DNA from: Candidatus Latescibacterota bacterium
GTDB lineage: Bacteria > Latescibacterota > UBA2968 > UBA8231
Length of the DNA: 64,000 nt
Direction of reading: 5' to 3'
Assembly (NCBI GenBank): GCA_965248265.1
Contig: CBDFJF010000002.1
Span: forward strand, 96,001-160,000
A program made the translations under genes and the position numbers. Every line of letters starts with the position of its first letter. Within the stretch, counting starts at the first letter, position 1. Under the pieces are notes generated by a model that was given only the letters and a program-made list of their open reading frames with translations, was not told the DNA's origin and did no database searches. Below, in pieces: positions 19,697 to 30,423 of the stretch.

Positions 19697-20947
19697 GTGA
19701 AAAGACGACCTTCCAAGAGCGACCCGAGATGCTCCTTCTGCGGACGCAGTGCCTCGCAGGTGGACAAGATCATCACCGGTCCCTCCGTACACATCTGCAA
19801 CGAGTGCATCCGACTCTGCAACGAAGTTCTCGCCGAAGACAAGAAACAGGCCTTACCCTGGGAAACGGGTTCCGTCCCGAAGCCGCTCGATATCAAGACG
19901 GTGCTGGACGAGTACGTCATCGGCCAGGAACACGCCAAGAAAATTCTCTCGGTAGCGGTCTACAACCACTACAAGCGTATTCGCTCGAATGTGGCTCTCG
20001 ACGGTGTCGAACTGGAGAAGAGCAACATTCTGTTGGTGGGTCCGACCGGGACCGGCAAGACGTTGCTGGCGCAAACGCTCGCCAAGGTGCTTCAGGTTCC
20101 GTTTTCGATCGCCGATGCGACGATTCTCACGGAAGCCGGGTACGTCGGCGAGGATGTTGAGAACATATTGGTCGGCCTTCTACAGGCCGCCGACTACGAC
20201 GTGGCGCGCGCTGAAAAGGGGATCGTCTACCTGGATGAGATCGACAAGATTGCCCGCAAGAGCTCGACGCCGACGGTGAGCCGTGACGTTTCTGGTGAGG
20301 GAGTGCAGCAGGCGCTGTTGAAGATCCTCGAAGGAACCGTCGCCAATATCCCGCCCAAGGGAGGGCGTAAGCACCCCGAACAGCCGATGATACAGATCGA
20401 CACCGGGAACATCCTGTTTATCTGCGGAGGCGCTTTCGAGGGGTTGGATAAGATGATCAGCCAGCGAGTCGGTCGCCGTACCATGGGGTTCGGCGCCGTG
20501 ACGGAAGGCGAGGAAAAAGAGGACTTCGATTCCGTGGAAGTGCTTTCGGAAGTGCAGCCGGAGGATCTGCTGGCCTACGGGTTAATCCCTGAGTTTGTCG
20601 GTCGCGCGCCCGTGGTCACCACCCTGGATCCGCTGGCCGAGGAGGATCTGTACCGGATACTGACGGAACCGAAAAACGCCATCGTAAAACAGGTGAGTCG
20701 ACTGTTCGAGATGGACGAGGTGACACTGAAGTTTACTGATGATGCGCTGCGTACGGTCGTCGACCTCACGGTGAAGAAGGGTACGGGAGCCCGAGGGCTG
20801 CGGTCGGTGTTGGAACAGGCCATGATGGACGTTATGTACGATACACCCTCCCACGATCAGGTCACGGAAGTGCTGGTCACCGCGGAAATGATACTGCAGG
20901 GGGTCGAGAGCAAGGACGACGACGAATTCCTGCGAAAGCGCGCATGA
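19697..20947 (+). CDS. clpX: Clp protease ATP-binding subunit ClpX
   Basis: CSFCG zinc finger, [28 protein letters not shown]. Confidence 0.98.
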   Translation: MKRRPSKSDPRCSFCGRSASQVDKIITGPSVHICNECIRLCNEVLAEDKKQALPWETGSVPKPLDIKTVLDEYVIGQEHAKKILSVAVYNHYKRIRSNVALDGVELEKSNILLVGPTGTGKTLLAQTLAKVLQVPFSIADATILTEAGYVGEDVENILVGLLQAADYDVARAEKGIVYLDEIDKIARKSSTPTVSRDVSGEGVQQALLKILEGTVANIPPKGGRKHPEQPMIQIDTGNILFICGGAFEGLDKMISQRVGRRTMGFGAVTEGEEKEDFDSVEVLSEVQPEDLLAYGLIPEFVGRAPVVTTLDPLAEEDLYRILTEPKNAIVKQVSRLFEMDEVTLKFTDDALRTVVDLTVKKGTGARGLRSVLEQAMMDVMYDTPSHDQVTEVLVTAEMILQGVESKDDDEFLRKRA

Positions 20948-20962
20948 CGGCGGGGACTCACC

Positions 20963-21547
20963 ATGCGCATCCACAGCGCCGAGTTTGTCGTCGGCTCCGT
21001 CAGTCAGTCTGATCGACCTGCGGACGGACTTCCCGAAATTGCCTTTTCAGGACGCTCCAACGTGGGCAAATCCTCGCTCATCAATCGGTTGGTCCAACGC
21101 AAGAGGCTGGCCCGAACGAGCTCGACGCCGGGCAAAACCCAGCAACTCAACTACTATCGGGTAAACGGAGAGCTGTACCTCGTCGATCTTCCCGGGTACG
21201 GGTACGTCAGCGGCGGCAAACAGTTGCGGGGCCAACTCGGCAGACGAACGGAAGCCTATCTGCAGAGCAGCGAGCAGTTACGCGCTGTGGTACAGCTGGT
21301 GGATGCGCGGCACGGACCGAGCGATACGGATATGCAGATGATCGATTGGTTGCGATCCAATCAAAGCTCATTCTTACTGGTCTTCACCAAGGCTGATAAA
21401 CTATCACGCGGCAAACTGGACAGAATGATCAAGCAGCTGTCGAGCCAGGATCGCCTGGCCGGATTATCGTACACCCCTTTCTCAGCTGTGACTGGCTCTG
21501 GGCGCGATGACGTCTGGGAGTGGGTCACTGCCGCGGCAACCAAGTGA
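20963..21547 (+). CDS. engB: Ribosome biogenesis GTPase YihA/YsxC
   Basis: GRSNVGKSSLIN, TPGKT, DLPGYG, TKADK. Confidence 0.96.
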   Translation: MRIHSAEFVVGSVSQSDRPADGLPEIAFSGRSNVGKSSLINRLVQRKRLARTSSTPGKTQQLNYYRVNGELYLVDLPGYGYVSGGKQLRGQLGRRTEAYLQSSEQLRAVVQLVDARHGPSDTDMQMIDWLRSNQSSFLLVFTKADKLSRGKLDRMIKQLSSQDRLAGLSYTPFSAVTGSGRDDVWEWVTAAATK

Positions 21548-21554
21548 CGGGTAC

Positions 21555-23135
21555 ATGAAGGTATTGATCGCCGACAGGGTGGACCCGGGGTGCAAAGCCA
21601 TACTGGAGAGGACTGGTGTCGTCGCCGATGAGAATACCGGACTTGCGCCGGAGGAGCTAGTGCAGATCATTGACGAATACGATGGTCTCATCGTACGCAG
21701 CAGTACCCAGGTTACCGAGCAAGTGATCGGAGCGGCCCGACGCTTGCGGGTCATAGGCCGAGCGGGAACCGGTGTGGACAACATAGATGTCGGTGCGGCG
21801 ACCCGACGTGGCATCGTCGTCACCAACACACCCGGTGGCAATTCCGTGTCCGCGGCCGAGCTCGCCTTTGGCATGCTGATGTCGCTGGCTCGCAACATCC
21901 CGCAGGCCACTGCTTCGCTCAAGGAAGGGGAATGGAAGCGCAGCTCCTACACCGGTGTCGAGCTAGCAGGCAAGACGATCGGCGTGGTTGGGCTTGGAAA
22001 AATCGGACGCGAAGTCGTCCAGCGAAGTGTCGCATTCCGCATGAAGGTGTTGGGCTATGATCCATTCGTCACCGAGGAGGTTGCCAGCTCCTTCGGTGCC
22101 CAGCTGTCGAGCATGGATGACCTGCTCGCCAACTCGGACTTCATCACCGTGCACCTGCCTCTGACTTCACAGACCGAGCACTTCATTTCAGATGAGCAGC
22201 TGAGCCAGTGCAAGGATGGCGTGCTCCTGATCAATTGCGCGCGGGGTGGCATCATCGATGAAACGGCTGTGGTGCGTGCCCTCGAGTCAGGCAAGGTAGG
22301 TGGCGCTGCCTTCGATGTATTCGAGCAGGAGCCGCCGCAGGACTCAGACCTGGTGAATCATGAGCGCGTGATCTGCACGCCTCATCTGGGGGCTTCAACG
22401 CGAGAGGCGCAGGTCAACGTGGCGCTTCAGGTGGCTGAGCAAGTCGGCGAGATTCTGACGGACAGGGTCATCCGCAACGCCGTGAACGTGCCATCCGTGG
22501 AGCCCGAAGTGTACAACAAATTGCGGCCGTTCCTGGAGTTGGCCGAGCGGCTGGGACGCATCCATGCCCAATTGAGTGAAGGGCAACTCGAGCGCATAAC
22601 CATTGAGTACCTGGGTGACGTGACGAGTCAGCCGACTTCGCCGCTGACGGCAGCCGTGTTAAAGGGCATCATGGAGGCGATTTCCGACGAGCCGGTCAAT
22701 TTTGTCAACGCTCCGGTTTTCGCCCAGGAACGCGGCATAAGTGTCGACGAGCGTCGCAGCAGTGAGCACGAAGACTTCGCTTCGCTGGTGAGTGTTACCT
22801 ACCATACTGACGTGTCGACCAGAATTTTGTCCGGCACCATTTTCGGCAAGAGCGATCCTCGGCTGGTACGGCTGGACGAGTACGACTTCGATGCCGTGCC
22901 AGTGGGTCACATGCTGTTCTACGAGAATGCCGACATACCCGGCGTCATCGGACAGGTCGGGACCATCATGGGCTCCCATCAGGTCAATATCGCTCAGATG
23001 ACCTGCGGGCGTCACGAAGTCGGCGGCAGAGCCCTCACCATCTTGAACGTGGACAGCGCTATACCCGACCCGGTACTGGCGGATCTGAGATCCGAAGACT
23101 ATATCACCTGGGCCAAACCCGTGAGCCTGGAGTGA
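21555..23135 (+). CDS. serA: D-3-phosphoglycerate dehydrogenase (long type with ASB and ACT domains)
   Basis: GRAGTGVDNID, GLGKIG, NCARGG, TPHLGAST, ACT domain DIPGVIG. Confidence 0.95.
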   Translation: MKVLIADRVDPGCKAILERTGVVADENTGLAPEELVQIIDEYDGLIVRSSTQVTEQVIGAARRLRVIGRAGTGVDNIDVGAATRRGIVVTNTPGGNSVSAAELAFGMLMSLARNIPQATASLKEGEWKRSSYTGVELAGKTIGVVGLGKIGREVVQRSVAFRMKVLGYDPFVTEEVASSFGAQLSSMDDLLANSDFITVHLPLTSQTEHFISDEQLSQCKDGVLLINCARGGIIDETAVVRALESGKVGGAAFDVFEQEPPQDSDLVNHERVICTPHLGASTREAQVNVALQVAEQVGEILTDRVIRNAVNVPSVEPEVYNKLRPFLELAERLGRIHAQLSEGQLERITIEYLGDVTSQPTSPLTAAVLKGIMEAISDEPVNFVNAPVFAQERGISVDERRSSEHEDFASLVSVTYHTDVSTRILSGTIFGKSDPRLVRLDEYDFDAVPVGHMLFYENADIPGVIGQVGTIMGSHQVNIAQMTCGRHEVGGRALTILNVDSAIPDPVLADLRSEDYITWAKPVSLE

Positions 23136-23158
23136 CAGGACACTAGGAGAGCATCGTT

Positions 23159-24439
23159 TTGCCAACGAAGATTATCCTTGGAGCCCAGTGGGGTGATGAG
23201 GGCAAAGCCAAGATTGTCGACTACCTGACGCAGGAGGCCGATGTGGTCGTGCGTTTTCAGGGAGGCGCGAACGCCGGTCACACCGTCAAAGTGGAAGACG
23301 ACACCTTCGTCTTTCACGCCATACCCGCCGGGATTCTGCATCCGGACAAGACCTGCATCATCGGCAACGGGGTCGTTCTGGATCCGGCTGCCCTGCTGGC
23401 TGAAGTCGACGAACTGGCCGAGCGTGGCATGTCCGTCCAGGACAGGCTGTTCGTAGCCGGTAACGCGCATGTGGTCATGCCCTACCACACGGCGCTGGAC
23501 AAGGCCGGGGAAGAGAGCAAAGGCAGCCAGCGCCTGGGTACCACCGGTCGCGGCATCGGTCCCTGCTACCGCGATAAGGTGGATCGCATGTACGGTCTCC
23601 GGGTGATGGATATTCTGCAACCGGAGGTACTCCGAGCCAAGCTGCAGGGGGCCATCGAAGCCAAGAATCAGCTACTGACGCGCATCTACGAGCGCGAACC
23701 CCTGGACGCAACGCCGATCATCGATGATTACAGCGCCTACGCAGAACGTCTGCGGCCTTTCGTCACCGACACATCGGTGTTGCTGAACCGACTGCTGGAC
23801 GAGGGCAAGACCGTGTTGTTCGAGGGCGCACAGGGCACGCTGCTCGACATCGACCATGGCACCTACCCCTACGTGACCTCGTCGAACACGACAGCCGGGG
23901 CCGCCTGCACGGGGAGCGGTGTCGGCCCGACGCGCATCGATGCCGTCATCGGCGTGACCAAGACCTACACAACACGTGTCGGCAACGGTCCTTTCCCCAC
24001 CGAACTGCTGGGAGAGCAGGGTGATGTACTGCGTGCACTCGGCCATGAGTTCGGTGCCACGACCGGACGTCCTCGCCGTTGCGGCTGGTTCGATGCCACG
24101 ATTCTGCGCATGGCCGCCCGCGTCAACGGCTTGACCGGCCTGGCGTTGACCCGCTTGGACGTCCTCGACACCATGGAACAGTTGCGGTTGTGCACGGCTT
24201 ACAGCTGCGATGGCGAGATCCTGGAAGAGTTTCCGGCAGATCCACACGTGCTGGAACGGTGCTCGCCGGTGTACGAAGATCTGCAGGGCTGGTGTGAGGC
24301 GACGACCCAGGCACGCCGCTTCGAAGATTTGCCCGAACGGGCCCAGCAGTACGTCAATCGTATCTGCGAACTGACGCGGGTTCCGGCCGCCCTGATCTCG
24401 GTGGGAGCGGAGCGCGATCGCACGATCGTGTGCGACTAA
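23159..24439 (+). CDS. purA: Adenylosuccinate synthetase
   Basis: GAQWGDEGKAK, GGANAGHT, GTTGRGIGP, EGAQG, GATTGRPRRCGW; TTG start with AGGAG RBS. Confidence 0.98.
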   Translation: MPTKIILGAQWGDEGKAKIVDYLTQEADVVVRFQGGANAGHTVKVEDDTFVFHAIPAGILHPDKTCIIGNGVVLDPAALLAEVDELAERGMSVQDRLFVAGNAHVVMPYHTALDKAGEESKGSQRLGTTGRGIGPCYRDKVDRMYGLRVMDILQPEVLRAKLQGAIEAKNQLLTRIYEREPLDATPIIDDYSAYAERLRPFVTDTSVLLNRLLDEGKTVLFEGAQGTLLDIDHGTYPYVTSSNTTAGAACTGSGVGPTRIDAVIGVTKTYTTRVGNGPFPTELLGEQGDVLRALGHEFGATTGRPRRCGWFDATILRMAARVNGLTGLALTRLDVLDTMEQLRLCTAYSCDGEILEEFPADPHVLERCSPVYEDLQGWCEATTQARRFEDLPERAQQYVNRICELTRVPAALISVGAERDRTIVCD

Positions 24440-24449
24440 CTATAGGTCG

Positions 24450-25361
24450 ATGATGCTGCTGAGCTCAGATAAATCGAACGCGATGAAGGCTCGCCGTCTC
24501 CGGGAGCTCATCGACAAAGAGACAGTCGTCATGCCCGGCGCTTTCAATGCTCCTGTGGGCATGCTGGCGCAGCGGATCGGCTTTGAGGCCATCTACATAT
24601 CCGGTGCGAGCCTGATAAACGGCACAGCCGGCTATCCGGATATAGGACTTCTCGGTATGGACGAGATGGTGCGCGAGGCCTCCTACATCGCCAACGCGGT
24701 GGAGGTACCGGCGATCTGCGACGCCGACACCGGCTTTGGGGACATTCTGCAGGTGATGAGGACGATCCAGGCGTTCGAACGCGCCGGACTGGCCGGGGTT
24801 CATCTGGAGGACCAGCAGGCTCCCAAGCGCTGCGGTCATCTCGATGGCAAGAGTCTTATCGAGACCGCCGAGATGGAACGCAAACTCGCCGTCGCCGCGG
24901 AGGCGCGTCAGAATCCGGATTTCCTCATCATAGCTCGCACCGATGCCCGCAGCGTTGAGGGCTTCGAGCAGAGCGTCGAACGCGGGCTGCGGTACATAGA
25001 TGCAGGCGCGGATGCCATTTTCCCCGAGGCGCTGCAGTCAGAGGATGAATTCGGGCGCTACGCTGAGCAGGTCAAGGTGCCATTGATGGCCAACATGACC
25101 GAATTCGGCAAGACGCCCTACCTGTCGTCGAAACAATTTGCTGCGCTGGGCTATCGGATGGTTATCTTCCCGATGTCGGCTTTCCGCGTGATGATGCGAG
25201 CAGTCGAGGAGTTGCTACTGCAACTAAGAGAGGATGGCTCGGCAGAGTCGCTGCTTTCGCGCATGCAGACCCGGCAGGAGCTCTACGATTTATTGTGCTA
25301 CGCTGAGTACCAGAGCAAGGACGCAGAGCTGGCTGAACGATATCCGACGCGAGGTGGGTGA
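24450..25361 (+). CDS. prpB: 2-methylisocitrate lyase
   Basis: DADTGFG, PKRCGH, IIARTDA, ANMTEFGKTP, MQTRQELY; start may be 24483. Confidence 0.9.
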   Translation: MMLLSSDKSNAMKARRLRELIDKETVVMPGAFNAPVGMLAQRIGFEAIYISGASLINGTAGYPDIGLLGMDEMVREASYIANAVEVPAICDADTGFGDILQVMRTIQAFERAGLAGVHLEDQQAPKRCGHLDGKSLIETAEMERKLAVAAEARQNPDFLIIARTDARSVEGFEQSVERGLRYIDAGADAIFPEALQSEDEFGRYAEQVKVPLMANMTEFGKTPYLSSKQFAALGYRMVIFPMSAFRVMMRAVEELLLQLREDGSAESLLSRMQTRQELYDLLCYAEYQSKDAELAERYPTRGG

Positions 25362-25392
25362 ATATCGACACGGAAACGGAGTGCTCGAAGGC

Positions 25393-26520
25393 ATGACTGA
25401 TCCGACGTACCGACCCGGTCTCGAAGGTGTGGTGGCCGGCGAATCCGCCATATCCCGCATCGACGTCGAGCGCAATCGCCTCATCATTCGAGGCTACGAC
25501 CTGGTCGACCTCACCAGCAACACTTCCTTCGAAGAGGTCGCCTACCTCCTACTCAATGGTGAGCTTCCCGACAGCGATCAACTTGGCGGATTCCTGGATA
25601 CCCTGCGGACAGAACGCTCGCTGCCAGAGCCTCTGATGGAGTACTTGCGACAGGCGCCGGACACGGTGCACCCGATGGGTTTGCTGCGTACTGCGGTTTC
25701 TGCGCTCTCCTTCTGGGATCCTGATGCGGGCGACAACTCGCCAGAGGCCAACGTCGCCAAGGCCACCCGCCTGCTGGCGAAGGCTCCAACGATCCTCACG
25801 GCAGGCTACCGGCTCTCGCAGGGTCTGGAGCCGGTGGGGCCGAATAATGATTTGAGTACAGCCGGCAATTTGCTTTACATGCTCCGCGGAGAGGAGCCGG
25901 CGCAACACGAGCAGGACGCCATCAACGTCTCGCTGATTCTGTATGCCGAGCACGGCTACAACGCCTCCGCCTTCGCCGCGCGGGTCGTGACCTCGACGTT
26001 GAGCGACCTGCATTCGGCGGTCACCGCCGGCATAGGCGCCCTGTCTGGGCCGCTTCACGGCGGTGCCAACGAAAAAGCCATGGAGATGTTGTTGGAGGTC
26101 GAGCAGCATGGGGATGCCGAAGGGTGGGTGATGGAGGCGCTGTCTCAGAAAAAGAAGATCATGGGCTTCGGTCACCGCGAGTACAAGGCGGGAGATTCTC
26201 GCGTGCCCTCGATGAAGGCGGTGGCAGAAGAGATTGCCAGGGCCGTCGACGATCATCACTGGGTCGATCTGGCCACCCGGGTGGAAGAGACGATGATCCG
26301 GGAAAAGGGGATTCATCCAAACGTCGATTTCCCGTGCTCCTACACCTATTACATGATGGGGATCCCGATCCCGCTGTACACGCCGATCTTCGTCTCCAGC
26401 CGTATTGCCGGCTGGTCAGCCCACGTGATCGAGCAACTCGCCGGCAATCGCCTCATTCGACCAGCGCACATCTACACCGGGGAGGAGGCAAGGCCGGTGC
26501 CGGCGATCGACGAGCGTTGA
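25393..26520 (+). CDS. prpC: 2-methylcitrate synthase / citrate synthase
   Basis: GLEGVVAG, YAEHGYNAS, GPLHGGANE, MGFGHR, PNVDF, LIRP; adjacent to prpB. Confidence 0.88.
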   Translation: MTDPTYRPGLEGVVAGESAISRIDVERNRLIIRGYDLVDLTSNTSFEEVAYLLLNGELPDSDQLGGFLDTLRTERSLPEPLMEYLRQAPDTVHPMGLLRTAVSALSFWDPDAGDNSPEANVAKATRLLAKAPTILTAGYRLSQGLEPVGPNNDLSTAGNLLYMLRGEEPAQHEQDAINVSLILYAEHGYNASAFAARVVTSTLSDLHSAVTAGIGALSGPLHGGANEKAMEMLLEVEQHGDAEGWVMEALSQKKKIMGFGHREYKAGDSRVPSMKAVAEEIARAVDDHHWVDLATRVEETMIREKGIHPNVDFPCSYTYYMMGIPIPLYTPIFVSSRIAGWSAHVIEQLAGNRLIRPAHIYTGEEARPVPAIDER

Positions 26521-26530
26521 GGCTGCGTGC

Positions 26531-27070
26531 CTACGGTCGCTGTTGCAGTACGATGGCGCGAGTGCTCAACAGGAAATCCTGCACATCAGCACGCCGGTAA
26601 TCGGGATACGTCCACTGCAGCGGGGCACACTCTCCCTGCTTCGTGAACAGCAGTGTGGTCTCGGCGTAAAGGCCGGGGGCGATGCAGATCCGGTGCCCGC
26701 TGTACTTCGTTGTAGCCAACACCAGCCCTTCCACTGAAACCAGGCCGGGGTCGATGTTCGCCTGGCGGCGTACCTCCCCGCTCTCTCCTCCGGCCATGGC
26801 TCGCTCCAGTGCCATCGTTTCCGCTTTGACCTGGCCAAGTTCATCGAGAGGCACGATGCGATCGAAGCGGACGAGTTGTTTGATCAAACCAGCGCCCATT
26901 TCGCTTTCGTAATAGGAAGTGTAGTCGAAGTCGTAGGGCTGGCTGCGCGCATCAACCGGTCCCAGTTTCTGTACCAGGGGCTTCAGCGCCTGATCGATGA
27001 TCTCCAACGTCGGTGCCAGCACGGCACAGACCAACACGGCATGGGGGGTGGGGTGCAGGTCGACGGGCAT
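26531..27070 (-). CDS. DUF4416-family protein
   Basis: YYESEMG, NIDPG, VLATTK...HRI, YAETTL, WTYPDY pattern. Confidence 0.8.
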   Translation of the reverse strand: MPVDLHPTPHAVLVCAVLAPTLEIIDQALKPLVQKLGPVDARSQPYDFDYTSYYESEMGAGLIKQLVRFDRIVPLDELGQVKAETMALERAMAGGESGEVRRQANIDPGLVSVEGLVLATTKYSGHRICIAPGLYAETTLLFTKQGECAPLQWTYPDYRRADVQDFLLSTRAIVLQQRP

Positions 27071-27136
27071 CGGTTGGACTCTACTTCGCCGCCAACATGG
27101 TCGCTCCAAAGATACCCCAGACACACTCGGCCATGG

Positions 27137-28570
27137 TCATGAACCTGACTCCTCATCGGCGTCTAACATGGGCTCCTCGACAACGGAGGTCTCTTCGATG
27201 ACACGCATCAGTTTCCATTTGCCGCCGCGAAAGCGAAGGTAGAAGGCAACACCGGAGACGATAATGAAGGCGCACAGGAACGACCACAACAAATAGACAT
27301 CGGCGTCGAAGAACGCCGTGGCCACATAGGTTGGCAGGACCATCAGCGTCCAGGACATGGCGATTGAGGCGAGCATTACATAGCGGGTGTCGCCGGCACC
27401 CTTGAGCGCGGCCGTGAACAGTATGTACATGGCATCGAACAGCATGTAGATGGCGAGAAATCGCAGCAGCAGGAGAGCGATCTCACGGGCCGCGAGGAAT
27501 TCGGCTGAGTCCGCACCAACCTCGTAGGGTTTCAGGAATATGTGCGGGAAGAAGCCATAGCCGATCATCATGACTACGGAATAGGCGAGCCCTAGGTGGA
27601 CTCCGCTCCAGGTCACGTACTCGGCGGCATCCGGCCGGTCGCGGCCCAGTTGTTGACCCACCATCGTCGACACCGCGATGCCGCAGCCGAGCAGCGGCAT
27701 GAAGGCCAGGCTGTTGATGTTGAAGGCCAGGTTGGTGGCCGTCATTTCAAGAGTTCCCAGGCGCCCCATGAGCAGGACGAAGACGGTGAAGGCCAGGATG
27801 TCGACCATGAAGTTGATCCCATTGGGTCCGCCGAATTTGAGCAATCGGCGGAACAGATCGGGGTCGTAGCGCCATCCGCTCATTGTCGCGTAACGGCGAC
27901 GGTATTGAGGTTGGGCAACAAGAATCACGAAAGCGATGGCGGAGAACATGGTGGCCAGGTTGGTGGCCCAGCCCGCACCCTCGATGCCCATCTCCGGCAG
28001 CCCGAAGTTGCCGAAGATGAGGGCGTAGTCGAGGACGATGTTGATGAGGGTCGTGGTGGCGTTGACGGCCAGCAGCGGCCAGGTCTTTCCCCTGCCGCTG
28101 TAGAAACAGGAGAAGGCAGTCGCCAGCGTCAGCGGTGAAATCCCGTAGCAGAGAATGCGGAAATAGGATATTTCTCTCTCTCGAACGCCAGCTTCGTGTC
28201 CGACCAGCTCAAACAGTGGACCGGCTGCCACGGCAAGTCCGAGGCCGGCGATGCCGCTGATCACGGCCAGGTAGGCTCCCTGCCACAGCGATGGACCCAC
28301 CCGCTCCAGGCGGCCGGCTCCCACGTACTGGGCCACGAAGGTATTGACGTACGAGGCGATGCCCATGAAGAGAGCCACGAAGACGAAGCTCGTCATGCCG
28401 GCTGGAAGGGCAGCGGCCAATGCGTCGGTGGAATACCAGGTCAGGAAGACGCGGTCCACGAAGTGCTGGATACTCCAGGTGGCCGTGCTCAGTATCAGGG
28501 GTATGGCCACGACCAGGAAGTCGCGGTATCCGCCTTCCTGTTGCCACCGGTCGCGCAGTCTGCGAATCAC
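27137..28570 (-). CDS. MATE family efflux transporter
   Basis: About 12 TM helices, FVDRVFL, NIVLDYALIFGNFGLPEMGIEGAGWAT, LKGAGDT; GTG start inferred. Confidence 0.93.
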   Translation of the reverse strand: MIRRLRDRWQQEGGYRDFLVVAIPLILSTATWSIQHFVDRVFLTWYSTDALAAALPAGMTSFVFVALFMGIASYVNTFVAQYVGAGRLERVGPSLWQGAYLAVISGIAGLGLAVAAGPLFELVGHEAGVREREISYFRILCYGISPLTLATAFSCFYSGRGKTWPLLAVNATTTLINIVLDYALIFGNFGLPEMGIEGAGWATNLATMFSAIAFVILVAQPQYRRRYATMSGWRYDPDLFRRLLKFGGPNGINFMVDILAFTVFVLLMGRLGTLEMTATNLAFNINSLAFMPLLGCGIAVSTMVGQQLGRDRPDAAEYVTWSGVHLGLAYSVVMMIGYGFFPHIFLKPYEVGADSAEFLAAREIALLLLRFLAIYMLFDAMYILFTAALKGAGDTRYVMLASIAMSWTLMVLPTYVATAFFDADVYLLWSFLCAFIIVSGVAFYLRFRGGKWKLMRVIEETSVVEEPMLDADEESGS

Positions 28571-28689
28571 AATCGCCCCGCTCCAGTTGCCGACGCGAAT
28601 CGAATAGTTACCTTCCTTCGGTCGTACACACCATCCCTCCGATCGTACGCACCCCAAACCATATCATAGGCAACGCATTTCGGAATAAC

Positions 28690-29328
28690 ATGGGCAAAAA
28701 GAAAAAGCAAAAGACAGACAAGCGGCAGGTGTACGGAATCACCATCCTGAAGCCGTCTCACAGCCGAATTCGAGCACTGAAAAAAGACCACGAGCCCGAG
28801 ATCCATGGCCAAAAGTTTTGGAACTCGAGTTTCCTGATCATGGATTACCTGGAACAGCAGGGCCTGCCGCCTAACCCGAGTGTGATGGAGATTGGATGCG
28901 GCTGGGGTGCCGCCGGTATCTACTGCGCCAGGCAACATCAGGCCAGCGTTGTCGGCGTCGACGCCGACCCCCACGTTTTCCCCTACCTCCACCTGCACGC
29001 GGAAGTCAACGATGTCAGCATTCGCACACGCATGTCTCGCTTCGAAAAGCTCAAGAAAAAGCACCTCGCCTCACACGACCTCGTTCTGGGCGCTGACATC
29101 TGTTTCTGGGACGAACTGATCGATCCCGTTTACACCGTTATACGCAAAGCTATCAAGGCAGGGGTGAGGCAGGTTATCGTTGCCGATCCCGGACGCTCGC
29201 CTTTCGACGATGTGTGCGATCGCTGCAAGAAGAAGTTCGATGCAGAGGTAAAGGAGTGGGAGATCGACAACAAGAATGCCAAGGCCCATGGCTGGTTGTT
29301 GATCGTGGGTAGTCTGCCCACCGCTTGA
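28690..29328 (+). CDS. Class I SAM methyltransferase, METTL21/Methyltransf_16-like (putative protein lysine MTase)
   Basis: GQKFWNSS, VMEIGCGWG motif I, DLVLGADICF, ADPGR. Confidence 0.8.
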   Translation: MGKKKKQKTDKRQVYGITILKPSHSRIRALKKDHEPEIHGQKFWNSSFLIMDYLEQQGLPPNPSVMEIGCGWGAAGIYCARQHQASVVGVDADPHVFPYLHLHAEVNDVSIRTRMSRFEKLKKKHLASHDLVLGADICFWDELIDPVYTVIRKAIKAGVRQVIVADPGRSPFDDVCDRCKKKFDAEVKEWEIDNKNAKAHGWLLIVGSLPTA

Positions 29329-29335
29329 GGCTGCA

Positions 29336-30304
29336 TCAGAACCAGTTCGCCTTGTCCACGACATTGACCAGCTCGTCACCGGCAACAAACCGGCGGCAAT
29401 TGTCGACAAGCAGATTCCGTCGTCTCTCCTCCAGGAAACCGCCCGCAGCGGCTACATGCGGCGTCATCATGAAATTGGGCGCGCTCCACAGCCGGTGACC
29501 GGACGGCAGTGGCTCCTGTTCGAAGACGTCGAGCGCTGCCCCACCGATGACACCCTCCTCCAGGGCTTGTGCCAGATCGTCGAGGACGACGTTGGCACCG
29601 CGTCCGATATTGATGAGTACGGCCGTGGATTTCATCTTGCGCAAGCGCGCCAGGTCCATCATGCGTTCCGTCTTCGGCGTCTGGGGGGCCGTCATGATGA
29701 CGAAATCGGCGCGTCCGATGTGATCGTCGAGGGCCTCGGGTGAGTACATCTCGTTGACCCACTCCGGAGCCTCGGTGACCCGTGGATCGGTACCAATGAC
29801 GTGCATCCCAAAGTAGGCGCAATGACGCGCCGTCTCCGCGCCGATGCCGCCCACGCCGATGATGAGAGCTGTCGCTTGCGGCAGGTGGATGGCCTCGCCC
29901 TGTTCGGAGCGCCCATTCCATTCACCGCGGAACTGGTCAGGCATGTAGACATGCAGGTTGCGGGCGAAGGCGAGGACGAAGGCCATGATGTGGACGGAAA
30001 TATGATCGTTGTAAACGCCGCGAACATTCGTCACCGTGACATCGCTGGCGACCAGCTCGGGGAAGTAGAAGCTTGGCTGCGGTCCGGCCAGAGGACAGGC
30101 TAACCATTGTAGGTTAACGGCGCAGCCTAACAGCTCCGGATCGAGTGTGCCATAGGCGGCACGAGCCTGGGGCAGGGCTGCCAGTGCGGCCTCGCGTGTG
30201 TCGCAGACGGTGACGTCGATACCGTTCACGGTTTCCTCGAGCGCGGCCTTCCATTCGGCCACCGTCGAAAACGGAGGAGGCAGAAACACGAACCTTTTCG
30301 ACAT
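29336..30304 (-). CDS. D-2-hydroxyacid dehydrogenase
   Basis: GVGGIG, INIGRG, ALDVFEQEPLP, TPHVA, NVVDK. Confidence 0.93.
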   Translation of the reverse strand: MSKRFVFLPPPFSTVAEWKAALEETVNGIDVTVCDTREAALAALPQARAAYGTLDPELLGCAVNLQWLACPLAGPQPSFYFPELVASDVTVTNVRGVYNDHISVHIMAFVLAFARNLHVYMPDQFRGEWNGRSEQGEAIHLPQATALIIGVGGIGAETARHCAYFGMHVIGTDPRVTEAPEWVNEMYSPEALDDHIGRADFVIMTAPQTPKTERMMDLARLRKMKSTAVLINIGRGANVVLDDLAQALEEGVIGGAALDVFEQEPLPSGHRLWSAPNFMMTPHVAAAGGFLEERRRNLLVDNCRRFVAGDELVNVVDKANWF

Positions 30305-30423
30305 CGTCGTCTCGTTGGCTTGGCATGGCGGTTGGCATGGCTGGCACCCAGGTGCGGCAGGCCTTACTTCTTAAGGAACGCCAAGGCGATCTGTCAAACG
30401 GCGTGCGGAGTAGGAAGAGGGAT

